This document shows positions 27,262 through 39,140 of a stretch of 64,000 bases of DNA, one piece after another. This stretch comes from Octopus vulgaris. Taxonomy: Eukaryota. The DNA lies in the NCBI GenBank assembly GCA_951406725.2, contig OX597821.1, positions 42,780,001 to 42,844,000 on the forward strand, written 5' to 3'. The translations under genes and the position numbers were made by a program. The notes beneath the pieces were generated by a model. It worked only from the letters and a program-made list of their open reading frames with translations, was not told the DNA's origin and searched no databases. Numbering within the stretch: the stretch's first letter is position 1; the number at the start of each line of letters is the position of its first letter.

Positions 27262-29560
27262 TTGTGATGTCATAGGTGAGAAATGTGTACACATGAATGA
27301 TGGTGCACTTGCTTTTAATGAGTCTGCAAAGAAAGAGGCTTGGAGATGCCATTATGAAAGACTGCTGAGCGTGGAGAATGAATGGGAGGAAGAGAGGCTG
27401 CCAAATATTGACACAACTCAGGGACTGACTACCTGAATTGACAGTACCCTGGTAGATAAAGCAATTAAGGATATGAAGACAGGAATCACTGCTGAGATGC
27501 TTAAAATATCTGGTGGAGTGGGCTATGGTCTAGTCACCAGTACTGTAAATCAGATGGTTCATGAAAGAGTCATACCCAATGACTGGTGTAGCAGCACCAT
27601 AGTCAACTGCTACAAGGGTAAAGGCAATGCCTTAGATAGGAATAATTACAGAGGTATCAAATTGTTGGATCAGGTGATGAAAGTTGCAGAGAGAGCCATA
27701 GCCCAACTAATCAGGGAGAGAGTTAGTCTAGATGAGAGGCAGTTTGGGCTTGCTCCAGGTAGAAGTACCACTGATGCTATATTTCTGGCAGGAGAAATAC
27801 CTAACCGAAGATAAACCTCTGTACTTGGGTTTTGTTGACTTGGAGAAAGCTTTTGAGAATCCCCCAATACCTTATTTGGTGGTCAATGCGGAAACTAGGG
27901 ATAGACAAGTGGTTGCTGTACAAGCCTTGTACAGAGATGCTATCAGTAAGGTGAGGGTGGGCAATGAGTATAGCAAAGAATTCAAGGTACAAATAGGGGT
28001 TCACCAAAGGTTGGTGCTCATCCCCCACTTGTTCATCATTGTCCTCCAGGCAATAACAAAGGAATTCAAGACAGGCTGTCCTGGGAGCTCCTCTATGCTG
28101 ATGACCTTGCTCTTATAGATGAATCACTACCTGAGCTAGAGAAGTTCCAGGTATGGAAACAAGGTCGAGAATCAAAGGGCCTTAGAGTTAACCTAGCAAA
28201 AACCAAAGTCATAGTAAGTAGGAAGGCAGACAAATCACAAATCCCCTCAAGTAGATGGCCCTGCTCAACCTGTAGAAAAAGTGTAGGTAGAAACTCCAGA
28301 AGATGCACCCAGCATAAGCTTTGGACACACAAAAAGTGCAACAGCATCAGAGGAAGGTTAACAGAGAAACAATTTTTTGTATGTGGAAGGTGCACAGGCA
28401 TAATAAATGCTGAAAATGTGTGGAAAATAGACTCCATCAACTGCCAGGGGAGCAAGCTAGAGGTAGTAGATAGCTTCTGGTATCTAGGTAACCAGGTTAG
28501 TGGTAGAGGTGGATGTTCTGAAAGCGTAGTTGTGAGAATAAGATTAGGTTGGGTAAAGTTCAGAGAGCTCCTACCCCTGCTGGCAACAAAGAGCCTTTCT
28601 CTCAGAGTGAAAGGCAGATTGTTTGATGCCTGTGTGTGAACAGCTATGCTGCATGTCAGTGAGACATGGGCTATAACAACCAAGGACATGTGTAGGCTTG
28701 AAAGAAATGAAACCAGTATGCTTTGCTGGATGTGCAATGTCAGTGAGCCTGTTTGACAGAGTGTAAGCATCATGAGAGAAAAGTTAATCATAAGAGGAAT
28801 CAGATGTAGTGTACAAGTGAGGTGACTGCGCTGGTATGGTCATATGATGTGAATGGACAAGGACAACTATGTAAAGAAGTGCCAGTCTCTAACTGTGGAG
28901 GGAACCTGTGGTGGAGGTAGACCCAGAAAGATATGGGATGAGATGGTGAAGCATGATCTCTGAACATTGAGCCTCACAGAGGCAGTGACTAATGACTGAG
29001 ACCTTTGAGGATGTACTCTGCTTAAGAGGACTTGTCAAGCCAAGTGCACCCGCAATGGTGACACATAAGAAAATCAACCTTGAATGTTGGGCCTCATGGA
29101 AGCAAGGTGGTTGAGTTCCTTTCAAGTGTTGAGCCTCATGGAGGCATAGTGGCTGAGTTCCTTTCGAGCGTTGGGCCTCATGGAGGCAAGTGGCTGAGTT
29201 CCTTTTGAGTGTTGGGCCCCATGGGGGCAAAGTGGCCAAGTTCCTTTCGAGTGTTGGAACTCACGGAGGCAATGACCAATACCTTTGGTATTATGTTGAG
29301 CTTGAGAGGAAGGCCCATCAAGCTGAGCAAAATTGCAGTCGTAACAGATGCCGGTGTCTTGCAAATGGCACTTGCGCCAGTAGCATGTAAAAGCACCCAT
29401 TACACTCTCGGAGTGGTTGGCATTAGGAAGGGTATCCAGCTGTAGAAAACTATGCCAAATCCGACTGGAATCTGGCACAGCCTTCCAGCGTGCCAGTCCA
29501 GTCAAACCATCTAACCCATGCCAGCATGGACAACGGACATTAAATGGTGAGGATGATGAT
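27262..29560 (+). mobile_element. RTE-clade LINE, second degenerate copy of the same family
   Basis: NYRGIKLLDQVMKV, QFGLAPGRSTTDAIF, FVDLEKAF, LYADDL and WYLG motifs. Colinear with 17660-20350. The 3'UTR carries ~37-bp tandem repeats (29080-29270) and the shared tail ending in GATGAT. Confidence 0.92.
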
Positions 29561-29764
29561 TACACTGTCTCACGGAGATTGAACAATCTAACAGTAACAT
29601 AACCTGTTACACACACTTACCTACATTATATATTTAAAATATGTTTTCTATGGATTTCTGGTAACATATGTGCAATGATATTCAATGACCAGCCGGGGTT
29701 AGCTGCACCATTCCAACACATATGTGCCCCACTGACTTTGTTTCTTGATAACTTCCAGACAAAT

Positions 29765-30185
29765 ACTCTTTTACTCTTTTACTTGTTTCAGTCATTTGAC
29801 TGTGGCCATGCTGGAGCACCGCCTTTAGTCCAGCAAATTGACCCCAGGACTTATTTTTTGTAAGCCTAGTACTTATTCTATCGGTCACTTTTGCTGAACC
29901 ACTAAGTTACAGGGACATAAACACACCAGCATCGGTTGTCAAGCGATGTTGGGGGAGGGGGGAAAACACAGACACATAAACATATACACATACACATACA
30001 TACATATATATATACATACATATATTCGACGGGCTTCTTTCAGTTTCTGTCTATCAAATCCATTCACAAGGCTTTGGTCGGCCCAAGGCTATAGTAGAAG
30101 ACACTTGCCTAAGATGCCACACAATGAGACTGAACCTGGAACCATGTGGTTTGTAAGCAAGCTACTTACCACACAGCCGCTCCTA
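29765..30185 (-). mobile_element. SINE family 1, full length
   Basis: Head, CORE-like segment and tail all present. Confidence 0.88.
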
Positions 30186-31202
30186 TTATATTTTTTAATG
30201 AAATTTTCTACAAATATGCTTCAGTTGGTACAGTTACCAATTATATCTGAATTTGTTGCAACAAAAATGTATTCGGAGGAGTGGGGAGGGGAGCTTTAGA
30301 AAATTCACATGAGTTAGCTTTGTTTCCTCATAACTTCATGAAAAATTGGTATTTTTCAATGAAAATTTCAACAGATACTTTTCAGAGTGTATAGATTACG
30401 ATTATATCAGAATTTAATATGAAAATAAAAACTGGTGGAATAGTACATTGCATGTCTTTGAAAAGTTTATTTAATTTTAGAAGCTCCGACAAAGCTATAA
30501 AGTGATGCACAAGCACTTTATTCTGAAGAATATGTATACTGAGTTTTAACACCAGGTTATTAGGATTGCTATGCCTTAGTGAAGCTTAAAATATATGTAT
30601 AAATATTTTATCCATATTATCTTTGCTTTAAGTGGCAATTGAAACCAACTCCCAAAGAAAAGGGGCGGGAATTTTAAATATCAAGAATCTTTCAAAATTG
30701 ACATGCAGTTAAAGAAAATATAGTCTAATAGTTTGGAGACAAGAGGACAGCTGTGGACAAATGTTAGTGCCACTTTGACATGTGATCTGCAATTTAAAGG
30801 GAGGATACTTTAAGTTACTTTTTAGTTTACATTGTGTTAGCGTTACTTTGCCATGCGATCTACCTGAGCAAGTCACTGAAAGGATCATAAACAGTGATGA
30901 AAGAACTTTGACTAACAAACAACCGATTGATTGCTTAAGTAACATGTTAAACAAACAATTGATTTGTTGTTGGTTAGATATTTAACCAACTGACTAACAA
31001 TAAAGAACTGGAATTGAACCTGTGCATGTGTTGTTATTACTATTGGTATAAAGGCTCTCCCAAGACACAACAATATGACAAATAAAGATATATCAAATAC
31101 CATACACGGTACATACTTAATTCATTGAAATTTTCTCTACTTCCACAGTAAGTATAAATAATTGCATGGTGGTAATTAGGAATTATGGATAGCACCTTTT
31201 GA

Positions 31203-31277
31203 TTGCCTTGATAACTGACGAGATGCCAGAGCAGATTTCCACCCCGATATCTGAAACTTGGAATCTTATTATGGCAA
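31203..31277 (+). ncRNA. Hammerhead-ribozyme-like motif (type I, core intact)
   Basis: Stem I ttgccttgataa/ttattatggcaa (11 of 12 pairs including G-U), CTGACGA, imperfect stem II, GAAA, short stem III, TC cleavage site at 31264-31265. Confidence 0.6.
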
Positions 31278-31365
31278 CCGAATAATTGTCACATATTATA
31301 TTACAGATAAATTCCTCTATTTACATAATATTGAGGTCTCATTCATTCTTTTGTTGTCTTACCAT

Positions 31366-31430
<65 letters not shown>

Positions 31431-31944
31431 CATATACACAAATAGGTAAATATCCATAGATGTAGATAGATAGACAGCTAGAAAAGATATTAATATGTGC
31501 ATGACACACACTTCTGTTTGTTAATGAATAACGATCAGCATTTAATTCACAAGTGCATTGTTTTGTACATAGTGACTTAATTGAATTTTGGCAGCATCAC
31601 AGGTTTCATCTTACTTCATTTGGGATAAACTAAGCATAATCACATTATTTATTGACCAGGTACCATAAGATATTACCACCAAAATGGTGGATAGTAATTT
31701 TAAAAAATTCATTGGCAAAAGTATTAGTTTTTAAATATTCCTAAGGATTTAACATTCATCATAAATCTTTACAGTCTAAGGGACTTAACTTAGTTTTCTG
31801 TATATTTAAGTTACCTTTCATACCTTAAATTATACTTCTTCACAGTTAACATACTAACTGTCTCTCTCTCTTTCTCTCTCTGTGTCTCTCCCCAGCAAAA
31901 CAACTGTTGCAAACTAAAAACCCATTCGTTTGTTCCTTACCATT

Positions 31945-32401
31945 ATATATATATATATTACATGTTTTTATACATCATATATCATATATTAGCGCTTTCG
32001 AACCGTTAACATGCCGGGCGAAATGCGTAGCCGTATTTTGTCTGCCGTAACGTTCTGAGTTCAAATTCCACCGAGGTCGACTTTGCCTTTCATCCTTTCG
32101 GGGTCGATAAATTAAGTACCAGTTACGCACTGGGGTCGATATAATCAACTTAATTAGTTTGTCTGTCCGTGTTGTCCCCTCTATGTTTAGCCCCTTGTGG
32201 GTAATAAAGAAACACATATATTAGCGCTTTCGTCCATTCCGGTGGATTTTTCAAATTGAACAATTTGAAAAATCCACCAGAATGGACGAAAGCGCTAATA
32301 TATGATATATGATATAAGTTATATGATTTATAAAAAACATGTAATATACAAATAAATATCTGTAAATATAAAACCATCTGAATTTCTGAGTACCTCATTT
32401 C

Positions 32402-32410
<9 letters not shown>
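31945..32410. mobile_element. (TA)n-embedded fold-back element hosting a SINE
   Basis: Near-perfect hairpin at 32215-32304. SINE 32001-32214 is flanked by an 18-bp TSD catatattagcgctttcg. Related sequence at 16890-17055. Confidence 0.72.
32001..32214 (+). mobile_element. SINE family 2 with 18-bp TSD
   Basis: Same sequence as 21803-22035. TSD at 31983-32000 and 32215-32232. Confidence 0.87.
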
Positions 32411-32473
<63 letters not shown>

Positions 32474-32479
32474 ATGGTA

Positions 32480-34640
32480 ATAATGATTGGTTTATATGAT
32501 TATCCAGGGTTTTACATCCATAAAGCTTTACACGAGTCTCATCAGCTCGTAATGGCCAGTGGCCTATAACCTCTTTTCAGATAAGAGGGAGAAAAGACCT
32601 CGTAGCTAGTTTTTGAACACACAAACTTTTCTTCTTTGTCTGTGTGTTCGAAAACTATCCACGAGGGCTTTTCTCCCTCCAATTTAAAGAGAAGTTATAG
32701 GCCACTGGCCATTAGGGTCTGACGAGACATGAGTAAAGTTGAGTGCTCTATGGGTGCAAAACTCTGAGTAATCCTATGAAGCTGCCATAACTGACATTCT
32801 CAAAATACTCTAATGCTCTATAACTTAAAGGGTGCTTCTTTTTCAAATTTATGATTTACTGACGGTCCATTTTGCCCCCTGGTCAGAGTGTTTTGCAAAG
32901 ACCATGTGGTTTGTGTTAAATAGATGTCTGGCAGGCCGTGCATCTACATATTCATGATAGCCGCTTAGTCTCTCAAAAATATGGGATCATATGATCTTGA
33001 ATACTCTACAAAGAACATTCCAATACCATCTAAGAAGCTTTATACTAGAATGCTGCTGGAGAAAATGGACCTAATAAGGCAAATGTGATGGAAGGCCTTC
33101 CACTACAATCAAGTCACACTGTCCCTGAAAGCCAACACATATGGAATCAGACCTAGGAGGGACCCACCCAGGATTAAAGACCTTGAGGCCTTTGACGTAG
33201 ATATGCTGGGCATCATTCCTAGGCTAAAGTTCTGCAAGTCCTCTTGCTCCTTCCAATGTAAGCTCTGTACTGAGCTTGCTACTAAAAAATTCCGACAGGT
33301 TCCTAATCTCAGACAAAACAGAAAAATCTATATTAGACACCCATATTTATAACAGACTGTTAAACGACAACATCACACAGAACTATAGGTGCGTTTTGCT
33401 CCGCACACACCACAACATCAACAGTGAAGCCAAACAGCCAACGACATAGGTATAGCAGATAGGGTAGAAATTTTAGCCAAAAGGAATGCCTTCATCACTA
33501 TCAAAGATCATAAACCCAACTTTGCTTCTAATTCCAAGTGCTGCCTGATCAACTGATCAACCCAGTTAAATCTGAAATCAGCCTGGTTTGTCTTCCCACT
33601 TCTCCGTCAATATAAAAATGTGTGTGGATAGGATATTCCTTTGGCCAGTAGATAAACACTTTACACAATCACATAGGTCCGGACACCTGTTCAACAGACA
33701 CAACAAAAGAGTCTTTTTTAGCTGCACCCCTTTACACCCCTATGGGACAAGTGGAGGCAGGATGCACATGCAGGGATTATAGCACACGCCCAGTGGGAGG
33801 CCAGTGTGAAACCAAGTGAATTGTATATGAGGCTATGGTGGTATCTAACTCTAATAGCAACAGCAGCTTTTCCAGCAGTTACAGTGCTAGAAATAGCAGC
33901 AACACCATCGCTATTATTAATAATAACAGCAACAACTATAACAGAAATAGCAGCAACACCATCACTAATGATAATGTTAATAATAATAATAACAGTAACA
34001 ACAACAACCACTATAGTGCCGACAACAGCGCCAACACCAACTTCCCTACTGATGATGTCCCCCATGCCAGCATTAATAATGCCAACACCAGCACTAACAA
34101 TAACAGAAGTAACAGCATCAGCAACAATAGAAATAGCAATGCCAACAGCAGCATTTGGAAATACACTGAATGTTCTGGAAACACCTCGAAGAAGCACCTC
34201 TCCAACCACAAATCATTTAGGATCCCGGAAAGACATTATGCTACATGCTTGGCCAGCCACCAGTGGGGGATGAAGACAAAGGAACTCCACATGAGCATTT
34301 TAAATTCTNNNNNNNNNNNNNNNNNNNNNNNNNNNNNNNNNNNNNNNNNNNNNNNNNNNNNNNNNNNNNNNNNNNNNNNNNNNNNNNNNNNNNNNNNNNN
34401 NNNNNNNNAGGATGGAAGTTTTCAGACTTTGTTTACACTTCAGGCAATTGCTACTGAAATCCTTGGAGCCACAAACTGGGTGGATTCCAAATAGTGGTCT
34501 AAGGGAGATAATTGCTTATGCTTCACCTTTCTTCTTTGTGTGTTCAAAAACTAACCACAAGGCCTTTTCTCCCTTCAATTTGAAGAGAGGTTATAGGCCA
34601 CCAGCCATTAGGGTCTGACTAGATAGATATGTGTAAAGCC
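32480..34640 (+). mobile_element. Penelope-like element (PLE) relic: inverted pLTR, pLTR, deleted RT/GIY-YIG ORF, pLTR
   Basis: Remnants NAFITIKDHKPNF..NP.KSEI (33480-33580), DKHF..H..LFNRHN..SC (33650-33730), CxC...CPxxGxC, and GIY-YIG-like VYEA...KYTE..KK.LSNH.SFR...YAT.LA.H.W. Segment 32630-32740 recurs directly at 34535-34640 and inverted at 32500-32620. Spans the N gap. Confidence 0.75.
34309..34408. other. Assembly gap (100 N)
   Basis: Run of N. Confidence 0.99.
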
Positions 34641-34689
34641 AAGCAGTTTGGGTTTAAAAGTTCAAAGTAGACTAAACTTTTCACACCCC

Positions 34690-35425
34690 ACCAAACATAA
34701 CACCTTATATGGGTGAAGATTTTCTTTAGCCTGGGGTATTGGTGTTACTCCTTTTCCTACCCACTGTCTTCGGCACTTGACATTTTTATACAGAACCCAT
34801 TTCTTGTCATCAGTCACTATTTAGTCCAGAAAAGGTTCATTTGTGAGACGTGACAGCAAAAAAGATTATACATTCACCCACTGCATGTGATTAGACTCAG
34901 AAAGTTTGTGAGGAACCCATTAACCCAATTTGCTGACTTTTTCGATGGCTCTCAGATGTTGATGAATGGTTGAATGACCAAATCCAAGCTTCTCTGTTAG
35001 TTCCTCAACAGTTACCATGGGGTTTTGTTCCACCAGGTTTTGCAGGACGTCCTCGTTAAGCTCTACAGGTCTTCCAGGACGTGGCTCATCTTCTAGGCTG
35101 TAGTTTCTGGCTCAGAATTTCTGGAACCACCAATGACACTGGCTTACACTTACATGAATATTCTTTGCACTTTCCATTGCCTTGTTGCCTTTATTGAACT
35201 CATAAAGCAAAATATGACAAATATGCTCCTTTGTCACTTCCATTATAACTTTGAAAAAATAACTGTTAGAATCAAACTACACTCTTCAAAACTTGCACTA
35301 AGAATAAATACAAAGTAAAATTACATGCTTTTCTAGAAAGTTGATGCAGGTAGTTTGTCCCACCCCCTCTGACTTTTAGTTCATGCAATTGCAAAAAACT
35401 GCATTATTTATGGGATGACCCAATA
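34690..35425 (-). mobile_element. Mariner transposon relic (5' half)
   Basis: Reverse strand reads RPGRPVELNEDVLQNLVEQNP...WVPHKL...IVTDDKKWVLY...LHPYKV with stops. TIR-like end tattgggtcatcccataaaataatgc at 35400-35425. Confidence 0.85.
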
Positions 35426-35929
35426 CATTACATTAAATATACAGTCTATAATATTTACAAAGGGCAGATTCTGAGACAGGTGAATAAAATATGAGTAACA
35501 GTAGACATACAAGTGTTTCTTCCTTTATGGCTGTTTCTAATGAGCCCTTTAATTGAGCAATGAAAACATTATATTATTGTAAAGACCCCGTTTTCGTCAA
35601 CTGAAATAGTAGCAGAATCACAGTAAATGTTTTTGCTCCCTGGATTTTAAACTATGTAAATTATTTTGAATGTCCTTTATTTTGAAGTTCATGAATTCAT
35701 CTGACAAAAACGGTTTCTTTACAATGATGTAATGTTTTCATTAATCGATTAAGGGATTTGTTAGAAATGGTTGAAATGGATTGACACTTGTACCTCTACT
35801 GTTCATCATCATCTTCATAGTTTAACGTCCGTTTTCCATGCTAGCATGGATTGGACGGTTTGACCAGAGTCTGGGAAGCCAGGAGGCTGCACCAGACTCC
35901 AGTCTGATCTGGCAGTGTTTCTACAGCTG

Positions 35930-37128
35930 AGCACACAAAAAGCACCATCCGAACGTGGACCGATGCCAACCCCGCCTCGAATGGCTTCTGTGCCGGTGGC
36001 ACATAAAAAGCACCATCCGAATGTGGCCGATGCCAGCACCGCCCCGACTGGCTTCTGTGCCGGTGGCACATAAAAAACACCATCCGAACGTGGCCAATGC
36101 CAGCACCGCCTCGACTGGGTTCTGTGCCGGTGGCACATAAAAAGCACCAACCGATCGTAGGATCCCGGAACATCTCGCTGTGTTTGAGGAGACCTGTTGA
36201 GTCAAGTGCATGTGCATGTACATGAACATCGAACCAAATATCAATGGAAACAGTAGTTGTGATACGTGTGCCGGTGACACATAAAAAGCACCATCCGAAC
36301 GTGGCCGTTGCCAGTGCAGCCTCCACTGGCTTCTGTGCCGGTGGCACATAAAAAGCACCATCCGAACGTGATCGATGCCAACCCCGCCTCGAATGGCTTC
36401 TGTGCCGGTGGCACATAAAAGGGACCATCCGAACGTGGCCGATGCTAGCACCGCCCCGACTCGCTTCTGTGCCGGTGGCACATAAAATGCACCATCCGAG
36501 CGTGGCCGATGCCAGCACCGCCTCGACTGGCTTCTGTGCCGGTGGCACATAAAAAGCACCAACCGATCGTGGGATCCCGGAACATCTCGCTGTGCTTGAG
36601 GAGACCTGTTGAGTCAAGTGCATGTACATGAACATCGAACCAGATATCAATGGAAACAGTAGTTGTGATACCTGTGCCGGTGACACATAAAAAGCACCAT
36701 CCGAACGTGGCCGTTGCCAGTGCAGCCTCCACTGGCTTCTGTGCTGGTGGCACATAAAAAGCACCATCCGAACGTGACCGATGCCAACCCTGCCTCGAAT
36801 AGCTTCTGTGCCGGTGGCACATAAAAAGCACCATCCGAACGTGGCCGATGCCAGCACCGCCTTGACTGGCTTCTGTGCTGGTGGCACATGAAAAAGCACC
36901 AACCGATCGTGGCCGATGCCAGACCCCTCTGGCACCTGTGCAGGTGACACGTAAAAAGCACCCACTACACTCGCGGAGTGGTTGGCGTTAGGAAGGGCAT
37001 CCAGCTGTAGAAACACTGCCAGATCAGACTGGGGCAGCCCCTGGCTCCCCAGACCCCGGTCGAACCGTCCAACCCGTGCTAGCGCAGAAAACGGACGTTA
37101 AACGATGATTATGATGATGATGATGATG
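35930..37128 (+). mobile_element. RTE LINE 3'UTR with an amplified 67-bp minisatellite and tail
   Basis: Repeated aaaagcaccatccgaacgtggccgatgccagcaccgcctcgactggcttctgtgccggtggcacat units, then the shared tail and (GAT)n. An inverted tail fragment lies directly upstream at 35805-35930. Confidence 0.88.
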
Positions 37129-38350
37129 TCCTTCCTAATGCCAACCACTCTGTGAGTGTAGTGGGTGCTTTTTATGTGTCACCTATATATATATAAAGTT
37201 AATAAAAGAAAATGGGGATGAAAAAATATAATAGATACTTGGATCATTTTATTTGTATCACAATGGAAAAGTAATGCTAAGTAAAAGTGATACCTATTAG
37301 AATAAGGATAAAAGGAACCAGATCAACAAAACAACCAAAAAATATCCAAACTTCCTTTCAATATATTTGTCATCTGGATTGTTATTAACAATCCCTTATG
37401 AGGAAATTACAACCTCTTATTGTGCATATATATATATATACACACAAACACACGCATGCATTCACACTCACACACACACACACACATGTTGCAATGTATC
37501 CAAAAATAAACACAACAGAAAGTATGCAAGGAAGATTAGTAGAGAGAGAAAACTCAAGTTCACAAATACAACAATATATAAACAACACAGAATCACCGAA
37601 ATAACAAATTACTGAAATTCTAAATTTTTTTATTAATCAATATTGATTACAAACTCGCAAAAATCAGTAAAAAATCACATATGAGTGTATGTAATTAATT
37701 AATTGATTAATTTAAGTATTTACCGACAACATATTTACATTTGCAGTTTATTCATTTTGTAATAAAAAGTTTATGACTATTATCAAGAAAAATATACTAA
37801 TAATTTTTATTAATTATATTATCATTATTTGTTTCATCATTTCATGAAAGGATATAAAAATATAATTCTTCAAATAAATGTTAAAAAATATAAACAGGTA
37901 CCAAACCTCTAATCTGGAATTACCAGATATCTGGCTAGCTTTGAATTTTGTGGGCTGTAGTAGTTCACTGTGTGGCCACTTTGTTTTGGTTTCTGTGGCG
38001 TATGTGTCACAAGACACCAGTTCCTATATACATATACAGTTCCTGTATATGTTATACAATTTTGTCCTTTACTTTTCGTTGTTTATTTTATATTATCGAT
38101 ATATATTTAGCCTGTGTCCAGAAATCTGGACCACCTCTGATCTCAAGGTTGTCAGATAAGAGCTTCGGTACCTGTATCTTTATAGATATTTTCTTCATAA
38201 TTTCTCGTTGATAGGTAGTAAAAGAAGATAATTCATATGATGGTTGATTAACTTGAATTTTGGAAAAGCGAACAGAGTTGGAAGCAACAGTTCAATCAGC
38301 TGAGAATAAGAATTTTCAATAGACACAGGATTATTTAACATTCTCTATGA

Positions 38351-38687
38351 ACAATAGCAAGATAGCAATAATAAATCTCTGAGCGAGGTATAAACAGTAG
38401 CTGCACAACATCGTGAAGTATATTTGCCACTTAAATGTGACTAACCCTTAAGGGTGGATGCTACTGTAGCTTGTAGCCCCAGGAGGACACCTTCTCCAGC
38501 TGGCTATTGACACACTTTCTGTGCCCTATCAAAGGATGTCTTCCCTTTGCAAATACTAACAGGGCACAGAAAGTGTGTCAATGGCCAGCTGGAGCAGGTG
38601 TCCTCCTGGGGCTACAAGCTACAGTAGCATCCACCCTTAAGGGTTAGCCACATTTAAGTGGCAAATATACTTCACAATAGCAAGATA
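38351..38687. mobile_element. Fold-back insertion: 115-bp arms, 33-bp loop, 14-bp flanking direct repeat
   Basis: Arms 38413-38527 and 38561-38675 with 3 mismatches by eye. acaatagcaagata occurs at 38351-38364 and 38674-38687. Confidence 0.85.
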
Positions 38688-38940
38688 CTTTCTTTCAAAC
38701 AGTCACAAGTTTCTGCTGACTTTAGGATGGATTGGTAATTCTTGCAAACAAATGTGGAATGGATTTGGAGTCTAGGATTGAAGTCTCCCTATAAAATCTC
38801 TGTCTATTGATTAAGTGATTAGTAGAGAAATGAAGACTAAAAGAATCCTCTCACATAAAGTTAAGGTAATTCTTTATTCTATCCAGAGACAGGTCAGTTT
38901 TTCTAGTGCAGGTGTCACAATTAACTACATTCAGTACACC

Positions 38941-39140
38941 AAAAATGATGACAACAACAATAATAATGATGATGACAACAACAAAAATGATGATGACAAC
39001 AATAATAATGATGATGACAACAACAAAAATGATGATGACAACAATAATAATGATGATGACAACAATAATAATGATGCTGACAATAATAATAATGATGATG
39101 ATGACAAGAATCTTGATGATGATGACAATGATGGTGATAA
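38941..39140. repeat. Compound (GAT)/(AAC)/(AAT) trinucleotide minisatellite, ~42-bp period
   Basis: aaaaatgatgatgacaacaataataatgatgatgacaacaac repeated. Confidence 0.9.

Noticed and set aside
33718-34273. Hydrophobic or mucin/antifreeze-like ORFs (163 aa minus, 155 aa plus)
   Set aside because: Alternative frames of the triplet expansion inside the PLE relic.
35930-36960. Regularly spaced repeats resembling a CRISPR array
   Set aside because: No unique spacers, no cas genes, eukaryotic context, and the unit is part of the RTE 3'UTR.
35841-37016. 391-aa minus-strand ORF, the longest in the track
   Set aside because: Antisense read-through of the 67-bp LINE 3'UTR minisatellite; the peptide cycles through three frames of the same unit.
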